A stretch of DNA of 60,230 nt from Endomicrobiales bacterium. GTDB taxonomy: Bacteria > Elusimicrobiota > Endomicrobiia > Endomicrobiales > JALOBY01. Shown one piece after another: positions 40,468 to 52,517 of this stretch. The stretch lies in assembly GCA_023228045.1 (NCBI GenBank), contig JALOBY010000007.1:1-60230 (forward strand). The letters are read 5' to 3'. Numbering within the stretch: the stretch's first letter is position 1; every line of letters starts with the position of its first letter. The notes beneath the pieces were generated by a model, which did not search any database, was not told where the DNA came from, and saw only the letters and a program-made list of their open reading frames with translations. Made by a program: the position numbers and the translations under genes.

Positions 40468-40535
40468 ATTTTCTCCAGTTAAAATAAAAAAGCACCGCCT
40501 CAGGTTTCTTGAGACAGTGCCTTATAAACTACCTA

Positions 40536-42116
40536 TTAAAGCGCAACATGCTTAACACTTGTTATACCCGGGAGTGTTGCAATTTGTTTTATAACATCTG
40601 CCTCTACACAGCTGTCTATGCTAATTATGGTTGTTGCTTCCCCGCCCGACTGCGTTCTGCCAACCTGCATACCTGCTATATTGATGTTACTCTTACCCAA
40701 AAATGTACCAATTTGACCTATAATACCTGGTTTATCTACATTTTTTACCAAAAGCAAGCAACCAGAAAGTGGTATATCTACGCTTACGCCGTCAACAATA
40801 ACAAGGCGCGCCATTTTGCTGCCAAATATAGTGCCAGATGCTTTAAGTGTACCTTTTTGTGTTGACACGCTTGCGCTTACAAGCTCTGTGTAATCATCCG
40901 AAACATCTGTTTTAAGTTCTTTTATTTTTATACCCCTTTCTTTTGCAAGCAAAGGAGCATTTACAAAGTTAACTTCTATGTCTAACATTGGAGATAGCAG
41001 GCCTTTTAAATAAGCTACAAGCAGCGGGTTCGTATTTAATTTGCTTATGGTTCCTGCGTATTCAAGCTCAACTTCTACAACCCCGCCGCTAACAAGCTGG
41101 CTTTGAAATGAACCAAGCTTTTCGCAAAGCGCTATGTATGGTTCAATCTGTTTATATTCTTCCCAGTTGACAGTTGGCACATTTACGGCATTTCTAATAA
41201 GGCCTTTTGTAAAAAAATCAACAAGCACTTCGCCAAGTTCTTGCGCAATTTTTACCTGTGCCTCTTCAGTTGACGCGGCAAGATGCGGCGTTACAACTGT
41301 GTTCTCGCATTCAATTATAGTCCAGTCAACCGGCGGTTCTTTTGCAAATACATCTATGGCGGCACCTCTTACATGACCATCTTTTATGGACTGGGCGAGA
41401 GCTTTTTCATCTATAATTCCACCTCTGGCACAATTTACAATTCTAACGCCTTTTTTCATTTTTTTAAGTGCTTCAGCGTTGATCATATTTCTTGTGCTGT
41501 CATTAAGCGGAGAATGAATTGAAATATAATCGGCCTCGGCGTAAATTTCTTCGGGTGTTTTTATTTCTATACCTAAACTTTTGCCAAATTCTTCAGTTAC
41601 AAAAGGGTCATACGCCACAATTCTCATACCAAACGAACGCATTCTATGAGAGACCTCTCTGCCAATCCTGCCAAGTCCAATAAGCCCAAGCGTTTTGCCA
41701 TATAACTCAGTACCCATAAACTTTTCGCGTTTCCACTCTTTATTTTTTAGCAAAGCATGTGCCTGAGGAATGTTCCGTGCCATTGCCATTATTAAACCAA
41801 TTGTATGTTCTGCGGCCGAAATTGTATTTCCTCCGGGAACATTTGCCACTACAATGCCTTTTTGTGTGGCAGCCATAATGTCTATATTATCAACACCTGT
41901 GCCTGCCCTTCCGATAAATTTTAACTTTTTTGCTGCCCCAATTATTTCGGCTGTTACCTTTACTTCTGAACGAATAAGCAAGCCATCATAGTTGGCAATT
42001 AATTCTTTGAATTGCTCTGGAGTCGGTTTTGCGTGTATTTCTATAGCGAAGTTCTTATTCTCAAGAACTTTCTCAAGCCCTTCGGTACTGTCGTATGTCA
42101 TAAGTATTTTAAACAT
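40536..42116 (-). CDS. serA: D-3-phosphoglycerate dehydrogenase with a C-terminal ACT domain.
   Basis: 526 aa. NAD-binding GLIGLGRIGREV. 2-Hacid_dh catalytic domain and ACT domain. Confidence 0.85.
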   Translation of the reverse strand: MFKILMTYDSTEGLEKVLENKNFAIEIHAKPTPEQFKELIANYDGLLIRSEVKVTAEIIGAAKKLKFIGRAGTGVDNIDIMAATQKGIVVANVPGGNTISAAEHTIGLIMAMARNIPQAHALLKNKEWKREKFMGTELYGKTLGLIGLGRIGREVSHRMRSFGMRIVAYDPFVTEEFGKSLGIEIKTPEEIYAEADYISIHSPLNDSTRNMINAEALKKMKKGVRIVNCARGGIIDEKALAQSIKDGHVRGAAIDVFAKEPPVDWTIIECENTVVTPHLAASTEEAQVKIAQELGEVLVDFFTKGLIRNAVNVPTVNWEEYKQIEPYIALCEKLGSFQSQLVSGGVVEVELEYAGTISKLNTNPLLVAYLKGLLSPMLDIEVNFVNAPLLAKERGIKIKELKTDVSDDYTELVSASVSTQKGTLKASGTIFGSKMARLVIVDGVSVDIPLSGCLLLVKNVDKPGIIGQIGTFLGKSNINIAGMQVGRTQSGGEATTIISIDSCVEADVIKQIATLPGITSVKHVAL

Positions 42117-42157
42117 TTTATACTCTCCAAATATGTCTTTTATAGTAATCTAAATTG

Positions 42158-43300
42158 TCAGATATTATTTTTCAAAAGCACTTCTTCCGCTGCCGCAACA
42201 GCTTTGCCTTTTTGCACATTGTACCCAAGTTTTGTAAGCACCATTTCAAGACAGGCAAAACCAACAAGCAAATCTGCTTTTGTGATGTAACCCATATGAG
42301 CAAAACGAATTATTTTTCCTTTAAGTATGCCCTGCCCACCTGCTATTGATATACCAAATTCTTCTCTTAACAACTTTACAATTTTGCCGCCTTCAATACC
42401 ATCTGGAACACGGGCACTTGTAACAACTTCACAAGGTCTTTGCGCAAAAAGTTCCATTCCAATAGCTTGCATACCTGCTCTTGTGGCGGCCGCCATTACC
42501 TTATACTCTTTTTGCATATTTTCAAGCCCCGTGGCCTCAATCATTTTTATTGCCTCTGCAAGTGAAACTATAAGAGTAATTGCCGGCGTAAATGGAGTTT
42601 CGTTATCAGCAAGCGATTTTTTCATTTTGCGCCAGTCCCAGTAAAACCTTGGGAGCTTTGCATTTTCTGCCAAAAGCCACGCTTTCTTACTTATTGAAAC
42701 AAACGCAAGGCCGGGTGCGAGCATAAGGCCCTTTTGAGAACCGGTTACAACAACATCAATATGCCAAGCATCGGTTTTAAGCTCTTGGCCGACCAAACCA
42801 GATATTGCATCTACCACAAGCACTGCCTGCGATGAATGAACAATTTTACCTATTGTTTCTATGTCGTTTACAACACCTGTTGAGGTTTCAACATGAGTGG
42901 TATAAACAACCTTAACACCCGGGTTTGCCTTGAGCGCTTTTTCAATTTCATTTGGATTGACAGCTTTGCCCCACTCTGTGTCAACAATTATCGGATTTAT
43001 TCCGTAAGCACTTAAAAGTTTTACCCAACGTTCTCCAAAATTTCCACTTTGGGCAACTATTACATCATCGCCCGGGCTAAGCAGATTTACAACTGACGAC
43101 TCCATTGCACCCGTACCGGAAGATGCCATTATCAGCACATCGTTTTGAGTACAAAAAACATATTTAAGGCCTTCTATAACTTTACCAAATATTGCCGCAA
43201 ATTCTGCTGTGCGATGGTGAATAATTGGTTTTGCTCCTGCTAAAGCAACCTCTGTTGGAATGGGTGTTGGTCCAGGTGTTAAAAGATAATGTTTTTTCAT
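42158..43300 (-). CDS. Class V aminotransferase (phosphoserine / serine-glyoxylate aminotransferase type).
   Basis: 380 aa. PLP lysine region TGSQKGLMLAPG. Adjacent to serA. Confidence 0.75.
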   Translation of the reverse strand: MKKHYLLTPGPTPIPTEVALAGAKPIIHHRTAEFAAIFGKVIEGLKYVFCTQNDVLIMASSGTGAMESSVVNLLSPGDDVIVAQSGNFGERWVKLLSAYGINPIIVDTEWGKAVNPNEIEKALKANPGVKVVYTTHVETSTGVVNDIETIGKIVHSSQAVLVVDAISGLVGQELKTDAWHIDVVVTGSQKGLMLAPGLAFVSISKKAWLLAENAKLPRFYWDWRKMKKSLADNETPFTPAITLIVSLAEAIKMIEATGLENMQKEYKVMAAATRAGMQAIGMELFAQRPCEVVTSARVPDGIEGGKIVKLLREEFGISIAGGQGILKGKIIRFAHMGYITKADLLVGFACLEMVLTKLGYNVQKGKAVAAAEEVLLKNNI

Positions 43301-43416
43301 TCTGCCTCCAATACAAAAATTATTTTACACTCAATAAAAACATTGTGAAATATTTCACAATGAAATACTATTAAAAAAAATTTGTTCTGTCAAATTAAAA
43401 TTTGAGACATGGTTTC

Positions 43417-43640
43417 TTTTTTAGCTGTCATTGCGTCAGCCCCCGCCTTTGGCGAGGTCTAGACAAGACTCAGGCTGACAAGGGGCTAGATCTCGCCAAA
43501 GGCGGAAATCCCGAATGGGTGAAGCAATCTTTTATTAACTGTTAGATTGCTTCGTCGCTATGCTTCTCGCAATGACAAAACACATTGAAAGAAACATTGC
43601 CTCGGGCTGATTCGCTTCGCTCACCCGAGATGACACACCA
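43417..43640 (+). mobile_element. Family-C MITE-like repeat copy, with an internal inverted duplication.
   Basis: Alignment to 59947-60125 and to the reverse complement of 35641-35790. Confidence 0.7.
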
Positions 43641-43653
43641 AGAAAAAAATAGC

Positions 43654-46044
43654 TTACTTTGTTGCCTTTTCAAGCCCAAGCGATAACACTTCGTCCATAT
43701 GCGCTACAGGTATCATTTTTATTTTTTTTAAAATATCTTTTGGAATTTCAATAAGGTCTTTTTTGTTGCCCTCCGGAAAAAGAATTGTTGTTATGCCATC
43801 ACGGTAAGCGGCAAGTGTTTTTTCTCTTAGTCCGCCTATGGCAAGCACCCTGCCACGCAAAGTAATTTCACCTGTCATTGCAAGATCTTTTTTTACCGCC
43901 CTGCCGGTGCTTACCGATGCAAGAGCGGTTGCCAGCGCTATACCGGCACTTGGCCCGTCTTTAGGAACAGCACCTTCGGGCACATGAATATGAAAATCTA
44001 AGTCCTTAAAGCTGTCTTCGTCAATTTTTAATTTTTTTGCGGAAGAACGCACATAAGATAACGCTGCCTGAGCCGACTCCTTCATAACATCTCCAAGTTT
44101 GCCGGTTAAGCTTAATATGCCTTTACCTTTCATTTTATTTACTTCAATTGTAAGGGTTTCCCCTCCGGCTTCCGTCCAGGCAAGGCCAGTTGCCACACCA
44201 ATGTTGTTTGCAGCTACACTGTCTTTTGAAAACTTTGGTATACCCAAAAACTTTTCTAAGTTTTCAGGGGTTATTTTAATAGAAGTTTTTTTCTCCAAGT
44301 CCATTGCTTTTGTAGCTTTTCGGCAGAGGTTCGCGCTTTCTCTCTCCAGATTTCTTACACCTGCCTCGTGCGTATAGTTTTTAATTAGCAGTTCCATGGT
44401 TTTAGGTGTAATAACAAGCTCTCCATCTTTTAAACCGTGTTCTTTCATTTGCTTTGGCAGTAGAAATTTTTCTGCTATTTTTAACTTTTCTTCTAATGTA
44501 TAACCCGGGAACCTTATAACCTCCAAACGGTCTAATAGAGTGCTTGGAATGTTGTAAAGCGTGTTTGCGGTTGTAATAAACATTACCTTTGAAAGGTCGT
44601 AGTCAAGGTCAAGGTAGTGGTCTACAAAAGCATAGTTCTGCTCTGGGTCAAGCACTTCAAGCAATGCCGAAGAAGGGTCGCCCCTAAAATCGCTGCCCAT
44701 TTTGTCAATTTCATCTAAAATAAATACAGGGTTGTTTGATTTTGCTTTGCGCATAGATTGTATTATTCTGCCGGGCAATGCGCCAATGTAAGTTCTTCTA
44801 TGTCCTCTTATTTCGGCCTCATCTCGCACACCACCCATAGATATGCGTACAAAATTTCTGCCTAAACTTCTGGCAATTGATTTAGCTATAGATGTTTTGC
44901 CGACACCCGGAGGCCCGACAAAACAAAGAATAGGGCCTTTTATTTTTTGAACGCGTTTAAGTACAGCCAGGTATTCAGTAACTCGTTCTTTTACTTTTTC
45001 TAAACCAAAGTGGTCTTGGTCTAATATAGTTTGTGCTTGCCTAAGGTCGTAGTTATCTTTTGTACTTTCGTGCCACGGAAGTGCTATAAGCCAGTCAATA
45101 TATGTTCTTATTACCGTTGCCTCAGGTGAAAAAGGCATCATTTTTTCTAATCTGGCAATTTCTTTATCGGCCGCTTCCTGTGCCTCTTTAGACATTTTTG
45201 CGGCTTTAATTTTTGCTTTTAATTCTTCTAACTCCTTGGCATAATCATCTTTTTGTCGCAGTTCTTTTTGTATGGCCTTCATCTGTTCTGTAAGGTAGTA
45301 CTCTTTTTGGCTTTTCTCTATTTGAGTACGCACGCGGCTTTGTATGCGCCTATCAATATTTAAAATTTCAATTTCAGAACTTAAAATTTGCACAAGCTTT
45401 TCAAGGCGTTCACTTGGGTTTGCAAGTTCAAGAATAGATTGTTTTTCAAAAACTTTTACGGACATGTGAGAAGCAATTGTATCTGCCAGGCGGCCCGCGT
45501 CGTTTATGTTTGCAACGGCAACACCTATTTCAAGCGGGATTCTTGCGTTTAATTTAACATACTGTTCAAAAAGTGAAACCGAACGGCGCATAAGCGCTTG
45601 CGTTTCAGGAGTTAGCACCGAAACTTCGCTAAGCAGGTTCAACCCAACTTCCACATAGCCCCTTTCGTGCATATGAAAGTCGGTCCAACGAGCGCGCAAC
45701 AAACCCTCTACCAAAACTTTCAAAGTGCCATCGGGCATTTTTAGTAACTGCAACACATCGGCAACAGTACCTATTTGGTAAATATCATCAGGAGAAGGGT
45801 CTTCTATTTGCAGTTGTTTTTGCGTTGCAAGAAATATTAAGCGATTACCCGACATTGCCTCTTCAAGCGCTTTTATAGATTTATCGCGGCCAACGGCAAG
45901 TGGCACAACCATGGCAGGGAAAACAATCAAATCACGCACCGGTAATAATGGAAGCTTATTTGGTATATCTTCTAATTTGCTTGTTTTGGTTTGTCTATCT
46001 ACTTCGCTCATATTTTCACTCCACTCTAAACCCGGCTTTTGCAA
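43654..46044 (-). CDS. lon: ATP-dependent Lon protease.
   Basis: Walker [10 protein letters not shown]. Ser-Lys dyad region DGPSAG. 796 aa. Confidence 0.9.
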   Translation of the reverse strand: MQKPGLEWSENMSEVDRQTKTSKLEDIPNKLPLLPVRDLIVFPAMVVPLAVGRDKSIKALEEAMSGNRLIFLATQKQLQIEDPSPDDIYQIGTVADVLQLLKMPDGTLKVLVEGLLRARWTDFHMHERGYVEVGLNLLSEVSVLTPETQALMRRSVSLFEQYVKLNARIPLEIGVAVANINDAGRLADTIASHMSVKVFEKQSILELANPSERLEKLVQILSSEIEILNIDRRIQSRVRTQIEKSQKEYYLTEQMKAIQKELRQKDDYAKELEELKAKIKAAKMSKEAQEAADKEIARLEKMMPFSPEATVIRTYIDWLIALPWHESTKDNYDLRQAQTILDQDHFGLEKVKERVTEYLAVLKRVQKIKGPILCFVGPPGVGKTSIAKSIARSLGRNFVRISMGGVRDEAEIRGHRRTYIGALPGRIIQSMRKAKSNNPVFILDEIDKMGSDFRGDPSSALLEVLDPEQNYAFVDHYLDLDYDLSKVMFITTANTLYNIPSTLLDRLEVIRFPGYTLEEKLKIAEKFLLPKQMKEHGLKDGELVITPKTMELLIKNYTHEAGVRNLERESANLCRKATKAMDLEKKTSIKITPENLEKFLGIPKFSKDSVAANNIGVATGLAWTEAGGETLTIEVNKMKGKGILSLTGKLGDVMKESAQAALSYVRSSAKKLKIDEDSFKDLDFHIHVPEGAVPKDGPSAGIALATALASVSTGRAVKKDLAMTGEITLRGRVLAIGGLREKTLAAYRDGITTILFPEGNKKDLIEIPKDILKKIKMIPVAHMDEVLSLGLEKATK

Positions 46045-46052
46045 CAGCTGGG

Positions 46053-47312
46053 TTAAACAGCCTTATTAAGTTTAACATTATCGTTTATATTTTTTTTATA
46101 AGTTAATTTTACTGCCGAACTGCCGCGCACAACGTCTTCATCAACTATAGCGCTTTTAAGATCTTTTTTATCGGGTAATTCATACATAACATCTATTAAA
46201 AGCTTCTCCATTATTGAACGAAGCCCTCTAGCTCCTGAGCCACGCACTAATGTGGCTTTGGCAATTTCAACTAATGCACCGTCGGTAAAATCTAATTCAA
46301 CACCTTCTATTGAAAACATTTTTTTATACTGTTTAATAAGCGCGTTTTTTGGCTCTTTAAGCACACGCACAAGGTCCGCCTCTTTTAACTGCTCAAGCAC
46401 CGCAACACTGTGCAACCTGCCGACAAACTCAGGTATAAGCCCGTATTTTATTAAGTCCTCGCTTTGCAATGAAGTCATAAGCTGGCTGTAAGCATAATCT
46501 TTTCTTGTTTTTATTTCCGAATTAAAGCCCATATTTTTTGTTGTTAAACGCGCCTGCACCACTTTATCTAAACCCTCAAACGCGCCGCCGCAAATGAATA
46601 GTATATTGGTGGTATCTACCTTTATGTATTCCTGTTGAGGGTGTTTTCTGCCTCCTTGCGGTGGCACATTGGCAATAGTGCCTTCAAGTATTTTTAAAAG
46701 TGCCTGCTGAACACCTTCGCCCGATACATCGCGGGTTATTGACGGATTATCGGATTTTCTTGAAATTTTATCAATTTCATCTATGTAGATAATGCCTTTT
46801 TCGGCGCGTTTTACATCAAAATTCGCATTTTGCAATAAACGAAGAATTATGTTTTCTACATCTTCCCCAACATAACCGGCCTCGGTAAGCGTGGTTGCGT
46901 CCGCTATGGCAAATGGCAAATGTAAAAGCTTTGCAAGCGTTTGGGCAAGCAGTGTTTTTCCTGTGCCTGTCGGCCCAATTAAAAGTATGTTTGATTTTTG
47001 AATTTCAACATCTGATTTTTTGTCTTTGGCGCAATCAAGGCGTTTATAATGATTGTACACAGCCACACTGAGAACTTTCTTTGCGTGCTCCTGGCCTATA
47101 ACAAATTCATCTAAGAATTTTTTTATGCCGCTTGGGCTTGGCAAGGTGGTGATGTTCTTTTTTTCTTCTTCACTTTCAAGCTTATTAAGAAGTTCTATAG
47201 AGCTCCTTAGGCACTCTTCGCACACATACGCCCCGTTACCACCTATCATTTTGCCATTGCCATTTTCCACGGAACCGCAAAAAATACAGCTTGTTTTTTT
47301 TATGTTGTCCAT
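46053..47312 (-). CDS. clpX: ClpX ATP-dependent protease ATPase subunit.
   Basis: N-terminal zinc finger C-x2-C ... C-x2-C. Walker A GPTGTGKT. Confidence 0.9.
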   Translation of the reverse strand: MDNIKKTSCIFCGSVENGNGKMIGGNGAYVCEECLRSSIELLNKLESEEEKKNITTLPSPSGIKKFLDEFVIGQEHAKKVLSVAVYNHYKRLDCAKDKKSDVEIQKSNILLIGPTGTGKTLLAQTLAKLLHLPFAIADATTLTEAGYVGEDVENIILRLLQNANFDVKRAEKGIIYIDEIDKISRKSDNPSITRDVSGEGVQQALLKILEGTIANVPPQGGRKHPQQEYIKVDTTNILFICGGAFEGLDKVVQARLTTKNMGFNSEIKTRKDYAYSQLMTSLQSEDLIKYGLIPEFVGRLHSVAVLEQLKEADLVRVLKEPKNALIKQYKKMFSIEGVELDFTDGALVEIAKATLVRGSGARGLRSIMEKLLIDVMYELPDKKDLKSAIVDEDVVRGSSAVKLTYKKNINDNVKLNKAV

Positions 47313-47313
47313 A

Positions 47314-47922
47314 TTATTTTTTCCTGCTTTCTATTACTTCATCAATTATGCCGTAACTTAGTGCTTCCTGCGCAGACATATAATAATTACGCTCGGTGTC
47401 TTGCTTTATCCTGTCCACACTTTGACCTGTGTGCTTTGACATAATTTCTATAAGTTTTTCTTTGGTTTTAAAAAGTTCTTTTGCCTCAATATCTATATCT
47501 GTAACCTGACCAGAAAGTCCCTCGCCATAAATTAGCGGCTGGTGTATCATAATCCGGCTACGCGGCAGAGCATAGCGTTTACCTTTAGTGCCGGCGGCCA
47601 ATAAAAGCGCACCAAAAGACATTGCCATACCCATACATATAGTTGTAATGGGGCATTTTATGTATTGCATTGTATCGTAAACGGCAAGGCCCGCGCTAAC
47701 TAAACCACCAGGTGAGTTGATGTATAGGTTTATATCTTTTTCGGGGTCTTCGGCTTCAAGGTAAAGCAATTGGGCAATTATTAGATTTGCTGAATCGGTG
47801 CTTACCGCGCCGCCAACACCACCAACAAAAATAATGCGGTCTTTTAATAACCTGGAATATATATCATAGCCAACGGCCGAACCCTGGTTCCATCTTTCTA
47901 TAATTGTTGGAATAATGCTCAT
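47314..47922 (-). CDS. clpP: ClpP proteolytic subunit.
   Basis: 202 aa. Catalytic region [11 protein letters not shown], with the His and Asp residues present. Confidence 0.9.
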   Translation of the reverse strand: MSIIPTIIERWNQGSAVGYDIYSRLLKDRIIFVGGVGGAVSTDSANLIIAQLLYLEAEDPEKDINLYINSPGGLVSAGLAVYDTMQYIKCPITTICMGMAMSFGALLLAAGTKGKRYALPRSRIMIHQPLIYGEGLSGQVTDIDIEAKELFKTKEKLIEIMSKHTGQSVDRIKQDTERNYYMSAQEALSYGIIDEVIESRKK

Positions 47923-47973
47923 AAGAACTCCTATGTTACATTTGCCATCTGTTTTTTACTAAAACATTTTTAA

Positions 47974-48190
47974 GTCGCGGGGCTATTCTGCCCCTGCACC
48001 CCTGTGATACTTTTCTTTGTATGCCCAAAGAAAAGTAACCAAAAGAAATGCACCCCCTGATGGCTATTCACTCGTTTTTTTTGGCGGCTGTGGAACTCGC
48101 CTCGCCACTGCGTGTCGGACTCAGACAGTCCTCGCCGAAACCTCCAAAAAAATACTCGTTCATTATCAGCCAATGGGGAATAACAAGCGA
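47974..48190 (+). mobile_element. Family-A MITE copy (right end truncated, no B insert) in the tig-clpP intergenic region.
   Basis: Alignment to 38787-39230. Confidence 0.75.
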
Positions 48191-48228
48191 GGACGTAAAA
48201 AGAACTTATTAAGAAAATATTTCTGTGT

Positions 48229-49521
48229 TTATTTTATTTTTGCTTTTTCTATAAGGAACTTAAATATTTTTTCTTCTTTTAAGTGTGCTGTTATTTTGTC
48301 TGAATTTTCCGAAAAATATTTAATTGTCTGTTCTTTACTTGAGTGGTTTGCGGCTAAGAGGCGTTCTTTTTCCGCGTTCATATCATTCGAAGTAACTTCA
48401 AGCTTTTCTTTCTCTGATATTATATTGAGTATGTAAGAAAGCCTTACTGTTTTTTCGGCTTCTTTTTTATAATTTTCTTTTTCTGCCTCTATCTTTTTTT
48501 TGCGTTCAGGTTCCGGCATTCCATAAGAACGCATATACTCATCGGCCTTTGATGAGATAAAGCTCATTTGCTCCTCTATAAGCACAGCTGGAACTTCAAA
48601 GCTGTTGGCTGCAAGAAGCTCGTCCACTATTTGTTTTTCCAAGTCAGATTCAACACGGCTCTTTTCTTGCGCTTCGAGCGATTGTTTTAGTTTTTCTTTA
48701 AGCTCAGAGATATCTTTTAAACCAAGGTCTTTGGCAAATTCGTCATCAATATTTGGCAGTATCTTATCTTTTATCTGGTTTACCTTTGCCTTAATAAGTA
48801 CTTTTTTGCCAGCCGCTTTCTTAATCGGTGAATCTGCAGGAAAGCTTACTTCAACTTGGCGCTCATCGCCTTTTTTTGCCCCAAGCAGGCCTTCTTGCAA
48901 ACCCTCTATAAGCTGTTTTGAAGAAAGATCTATTAACTGATTTTTGGCGGATAATTCTTTAAGGGGTTCATTATCAACAAACGAATCGTAATCTAATAAA
49001 GCAAAACTGTTTGTGCCAATCACAGTGTCCTGTGATGCATCTTTTAAGCGCGCATTTCTTTCGCACTGTTCTTGCAACAACTTTTCAACCATTTCGTCGG
49101 TGACTGGCTTATCTTCTTTTTTTATTTTTATGCCTGTATAGTCATTTATAGTAACTTTTGGATGAACCTGCGCCGTAATATTAAAAACACATGGTTTATT
49201 AAATTCAAAACTAAACTCGCCAATTTGCGGATATGTTATAGGGTCAATATTTTTCTCTTTAAAAGCGGAGAAAACAGCCGCCTGAATAACTTTTTCAGAC
49301 GCGCGTTCTTTTGCAAGCCCTTCAAAGTTTTTTCTTACAAACTCTTTTGGTGCCTTGCCTACCCTAAAACCGGGAACCCTTGCCTCATTTTGTATTTGGG
49401 TGAATACTTTTTCAACGGTATTAACAACTTCCCCTTCCGGCACCTCTACTTTTAAAGTTACTGAACATGGCTTACTTTCAACAACGCTAACTTTCAGGTT
49501 TTCCATTACAATTGGCTCCAA
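48229..49521 (-). CDS. tig: Trigger factor.
   Basis: 430 aa. Ribosome-binding N-terminal domain, FKBP-like PPIase region and C-terminal domain. Confidence 0.85.
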   Translation of the reverse strand: MEPIVMENLKVSVVESKPCSVTLKVEVPEGEVVNTVEKVFTQIQNEARVPGFRVGKAPKEFVRKNFEGLAKERASEKVIQAAVFSAFKEKNIDPITYPQIGEFSFEFNKPCVFNITAQVHPKVTINDYTGIKIKKEDKPVTDEMVEKLLQEQCERNARLKDASQDTVIGTNSFALLDYDSFVDNEPLKELSAKNQLIDLSSKQLIEGLQEGLLGAKKGDERQVEVSFPADSPIKKAAGKKVLIKAKVNQIKDKILPNIDDEFAKDLGLKDISELKEKLKQSLEAQEKSRVESDLEKQIVDELLAANSFEVPAVLIEEQMSFISSKADEYMRSYGMPEPERKKKIEAEKENYKKEAEKTVRLSYILNIISEKEKLEVTSNDMNAEKERLLAANHSSKEQTIKYFSENSDKITAHLKEEKIFKFLIEKAKIK

Positions 49522-49545
49522 TTAATTTAATTAACATAACAATTA

Positions 49546-49627
49546 TGCGGACGGAGGGAGTTGAACCCACAAGCCTTGCGGCACTAGATCCTAAGTCTAG
49601 CGCGTCTGCCAGTTCCGCCACGTCCGC
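49546..49627 (-). tRNA. tRNA-Leu (anticodon TAG), with a long variable arm.
   Basis: Cloverleaf built by hand. Acceptor stem GCGGACG/CGTCCGC. Anticodon loop CTTAGGA. T-loop GGTTCAACTCC. Confidence 0.8.
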
Positions 49628-49688
49628 AAAATTTGACTATAAAAACACCAAACCTTTGAGTATACCCAAAGGTCTTTGTAAAGAAGAG

Positions 49689-49761
49689 TGCGCCGCATAG
49701 GATTTGAACCTATAACCTGACGATTAAGAGTCGCCTGCTCTACCAATTGAGCTAGCAGCGC
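49689..49761 (-). tRNA. tRNA-Lys (anticodon CTT).
   Basis: Acceptor stem GCGCTGC/GCGGCGC. D-arm GCTCAATTGGTAGAGC. Anticodon loop CTCTTAA. T-arm TAGGTTCAAATCCTA. Confidence 0.75.
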
Positions 49762-49853
49762 ATTAGTAAATATTGTTTGGGGTTATGTATTCTATCAAAC
49801 GCTTAGGTGTATAGTCAATAAAATCTAATGCCAACAAAGTTTCATACAGACAA

Positions 49854-51083
49854 TCAAAGATAAACTATATTTTCATTATGATAAAGCGAGAGAAATAATA
49901 GCAAGTATTCCTTCAGATGCCGTGTTATAAGAAAATTATTTCTTATATGTTCTTTGCCATTCTGCCCAAGTTTTTTGGCATATTCAGGATTATTCAAAAA
50001 CTGTTTTACGGCAAATGCCATACCTTCCGTTGAATAACTTAAAAGACCGGAAAACTTGTGAGTTATTTGAAGCGGTATCCCGCCGACATTTGACGCAACA
50101 ACAGGTTTCCCCTTCCAAAGAGCTTCTGTAACAGTCAGCCCAAACCCTTCCCTGACCGACTTTTGAAGAATTACCGATGACGCTCTTTGTATAGCATTAA
50201 CCGCAATATCATCCTGGGGAAGAAGCAACAGATGTATGTCCGGGTCATTTCCTGCTTTTTCTTTTACTTCTTCAAAAACTTGTACCCCTTCAGGGTCATC
50301 CGCGGCAAGCCCACCAGCCAAAATTAATCGGCAATCCACATATTTTTTGACGAGTTTGTAAACTTCAATTACCCCTATTGGATCTTTGAGCCGGTCAAAC
50401 CGGGAAAGTTGGGCTATAATCGGCTTATCTTGGGGAACATCATATTTTTGAAGAACGGCATTAATTTCATGCTGCTCAAGCTCTTTATTCTTGTCACTTA
50501 ACGGATCTATTGAAGGAGCAATAAGAAATTGCCTAATCGGAAGTTTATGCGAATATTTTGGCGAAGAAAAAACCGAGGCATCATATTTTTGAATATAGTC
50601 CAAAAGAAAATCCCATACTTTCATATCAGGTTGAGAAACATCTACATGGCATCGCCATATCCACTTATTTCCTTTCTTTTTTTTGATAAGGCCTATCGGT
50701 TGAGGATCATGGACAAATACTATATCACCTATGATTTCAAATTCCCGCGCATTTTTTTCATTAGTTTCAGCAAATATCTCAAAATCTCTTTCCTTTAATT
50801 TAGCATCTTTTCCGTGCAGTGCATTATGAAATTTCTTTGTTACTTCAAAAAACTGTTCCCCTCCCTTTATTACATCCCAGCGAGAATTTACTCCTAAATC
50901 CAATAACAAAGGTACCATTCGGTTAAGTATCTCGGCAACACCTCCACCAACCGCAGCAGAATTAAAGTGCTGTATAAGCTTCCCTTTAAGTTTTTGGGCG
51001 AGCAAATGCAAGTCATCAATGTTGACCTGGCCGACAATTGGTATATAATCATTTATTTTCGGCATTTTACACCGCCTTTTCAA
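49854..51083 (-). CDS. treT: Trehalose glycosyltransferring synthase (GT4).
   Basis: The N-terminal region NSAAVGGGVAEILNRMVPLL ... RWDVIKGGEQFFEVTKKFHNALHG closely resembles archaeal TreT. 409 aa. Confidence 0.7.
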   Translation of the reverse strand: MKRRCKMPKINDYIPIVGQVNIDDLHLLAQKLKGKLIQHFNSAAVGGGVAEILNRMVPLLLDLGVNSRWDVIKGGEQFFEVTKKFHNALHGKDAKLKERDFEIFAETNEKNAREFEIIGDIVFVHDPQPIGLIKKKKGNKWIWRCHVDVSQPDMKVWDFLLDYIQKYDASVFSSPKYSHKLPIRQFLIAPSIDPLSDKNKELEQHEINAVLQKYDVPQDKPIIAQLSRFDRLKDPIGVIEVYKLVKKYVDCRLILAGGLAADDPEGVQVFEEVKEKAGNDPDIHLLLLPQDDIAVNAIQRASSVILQKSVREGFGLTVTEALWKGKPVVASNVGGIPLQITHKFSGLLSYSTEGMAFAVKQFLNNPEYAKKLGQNGKEHIRNNFLITRHLKEYLLLFLSLYHNENIVYL

Positions 51084-51726
51084 CTAATTTAATTACAATT
51101 TTTCTTAAATCTTCCATGGCAAAGGTGTAAGGATCAATATTTGAAATTGCGCTGGCAAGTTCTTTGTTTCCTAACGACATTTCAACCCACCTAGAAAAAT
51201 CGTTGCTTTCATTTTCAAGCCGCAGACGCGATTCAAATATATGAAAGTATAAAGAATTTATTGAGATTTTTTTTAATGCTTCACAAAACTCATTTAGGTT
51301 ATTTACAACATAGGGAGTGCGAATAATAAAACTAGTAGATTTGACAAAGTAAAATATTTTATTGCTTTTAACTACTCTGTTCGCTGTTGTTGTGTTTTGG
51401 TTAATATATTTTTCAACTCTTGAAATTATTTCTTCTCTCAATTCCCGTATAGTGCTAAATTGAACAATATCAATAGAAGCAACACTTTCCGCAAGTTCAT
51501 CTTCGCCAAGGGCATCACGCACCCAATAAGCAAAATCATTTGGAGGTTCCGGAGAATAAAATTGGTGCTGCTGTAAAAAACGGTGAGTATGATGATAAAT
51601 GCTTGAGCCCGGAACAATTTTTAGCATCTCAAGCAACTCATTTAGTGTCTCAGCTTTTAGGCCAGTTGCCTCAGATAAATGCAATCGGGTATAGAATTGA
51701 AATGAATTTTTTGCTTTTTTGCCCAT
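51067..51726 (-). CDS. Uncharacterized protein made of two internally duplicated ~90 aa units, embedded in the trehalose operon.
   Basis: 219 aa. Repeated pattern NDFA.WV..ALG.[DN]ELA..[VI]..ID ... LR..I. Overlaps treT by 17 nt and abuts otsB. Confidence 0.5.
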   Translation of the reverse strand: MGKKAKNSFQFYTRLHLSEATGLKAETLNELLEMLKIVPGSSIYHHTHRFLQQHQFYSPEPPNDFAYWVRDALGEDELAESVASIDIVQFSTIRELREEIISRVEKYINQNTTTANRVVKSNKIFYFVKSTSFIIRTPYVVNNLNEFCEALKKISINSLYFHIFESRLRLENESNDFSRWVEMSLGNKELASAISNIDPYTFAMEDLRKIVIKLVEKAV

Positions 51727-51727
51727 T

Positions 51728-52516
51728 TCATTTACTCCTTATTGCAACCATTTTTAGAAACTCTAAAACTTGACTGACATTTTTTAGCGCGTATTTGGCA
51801 GAAGAATTTTTTTTGTATCCAACCCGCACCGTTAAACCATTTTTTTTAAGAGCACTAAAGGCCGATTCATCGGTGCGATCGTCGCCAATATAAACAGGAA
51901 TTATTTTTTTACCGGAATACATAATTTTGTATTTTTTCACTAACCACAGCGCGGCTTTCCCCTTATCCCATGCTACATTTGGCCTTATTTCAATAACCTT
52001 TTTCCCATAATGAATTTTAATTAACTGTTTTTGCACTGCCTTTGAAACAATGTCTTTTATTATTTTTTTTATTGCAGAAACATTTTTTTTATCTACCAAA
52101 CGGTAGTGAACACTCAATGTAAAACCTTTGTTTTCAAAAATTACACCCTTTTTACCAATAACCGCAGTTTCCATTTCCTGCGCGATATCTTGTATTTTTT
52201 TTTGCATTGGCGCATTTAGCATAGAGTTAAATTTAAAATGCGGTGTCGTAATTTCTAAACCGTGGTTACCCACATAAATTGCTTTTTTAATATTTATTAC
52301 TTTACTTATTTGCTCACGGGCTCTTCCGCTTATTACAGAGAAAATTACTCTCTGAGATTTGGCTACAGAAGACAGAATTTTTTTTGTTGACTCGGGCAAT
52401 ATAGCAAGTTCAGGCTTTGGATATATTGGAACTATTGTTCCATCATAATCAAGCATCAATAAAATAATATTATCGGAAAGTTTTTCAACAAGATACTCTG
52501 GCGTAATTTGGCGCAT
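51728..52516 (-). CDS. otsB: Trehalose-6-phosphate phosphatase (HAD family).
   Basis: HAD motif I LDYDGTIVP. 262 aa. Immediately downstream of otsA. Confidence 0.8.
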   Translation of the reverse strand: MRQITPEYLVEKLSDNIILLMLDYDGTIVPIYPKPELAILPESTKKILSSVAKSQRVIFSVISGRAREQISKVINIKKAIYVGNHGLEITTPHFKFNSMLNAPMQKKIQDIAQEMETAVIGKKGVIFENKGFTLSVHYRLVDKKNVSAIKKIIKDIVSKAVQKQLIKIHYGKKVIEIRPNVAWDKGKAALWLVKKYKIMYSGKKIIPVYIGDDRTDESAFSALKKNGLTVRVGYKKNSSAKYALKNVSQVLEFLKMVAIRSK

Positions 52517-52517
52517 T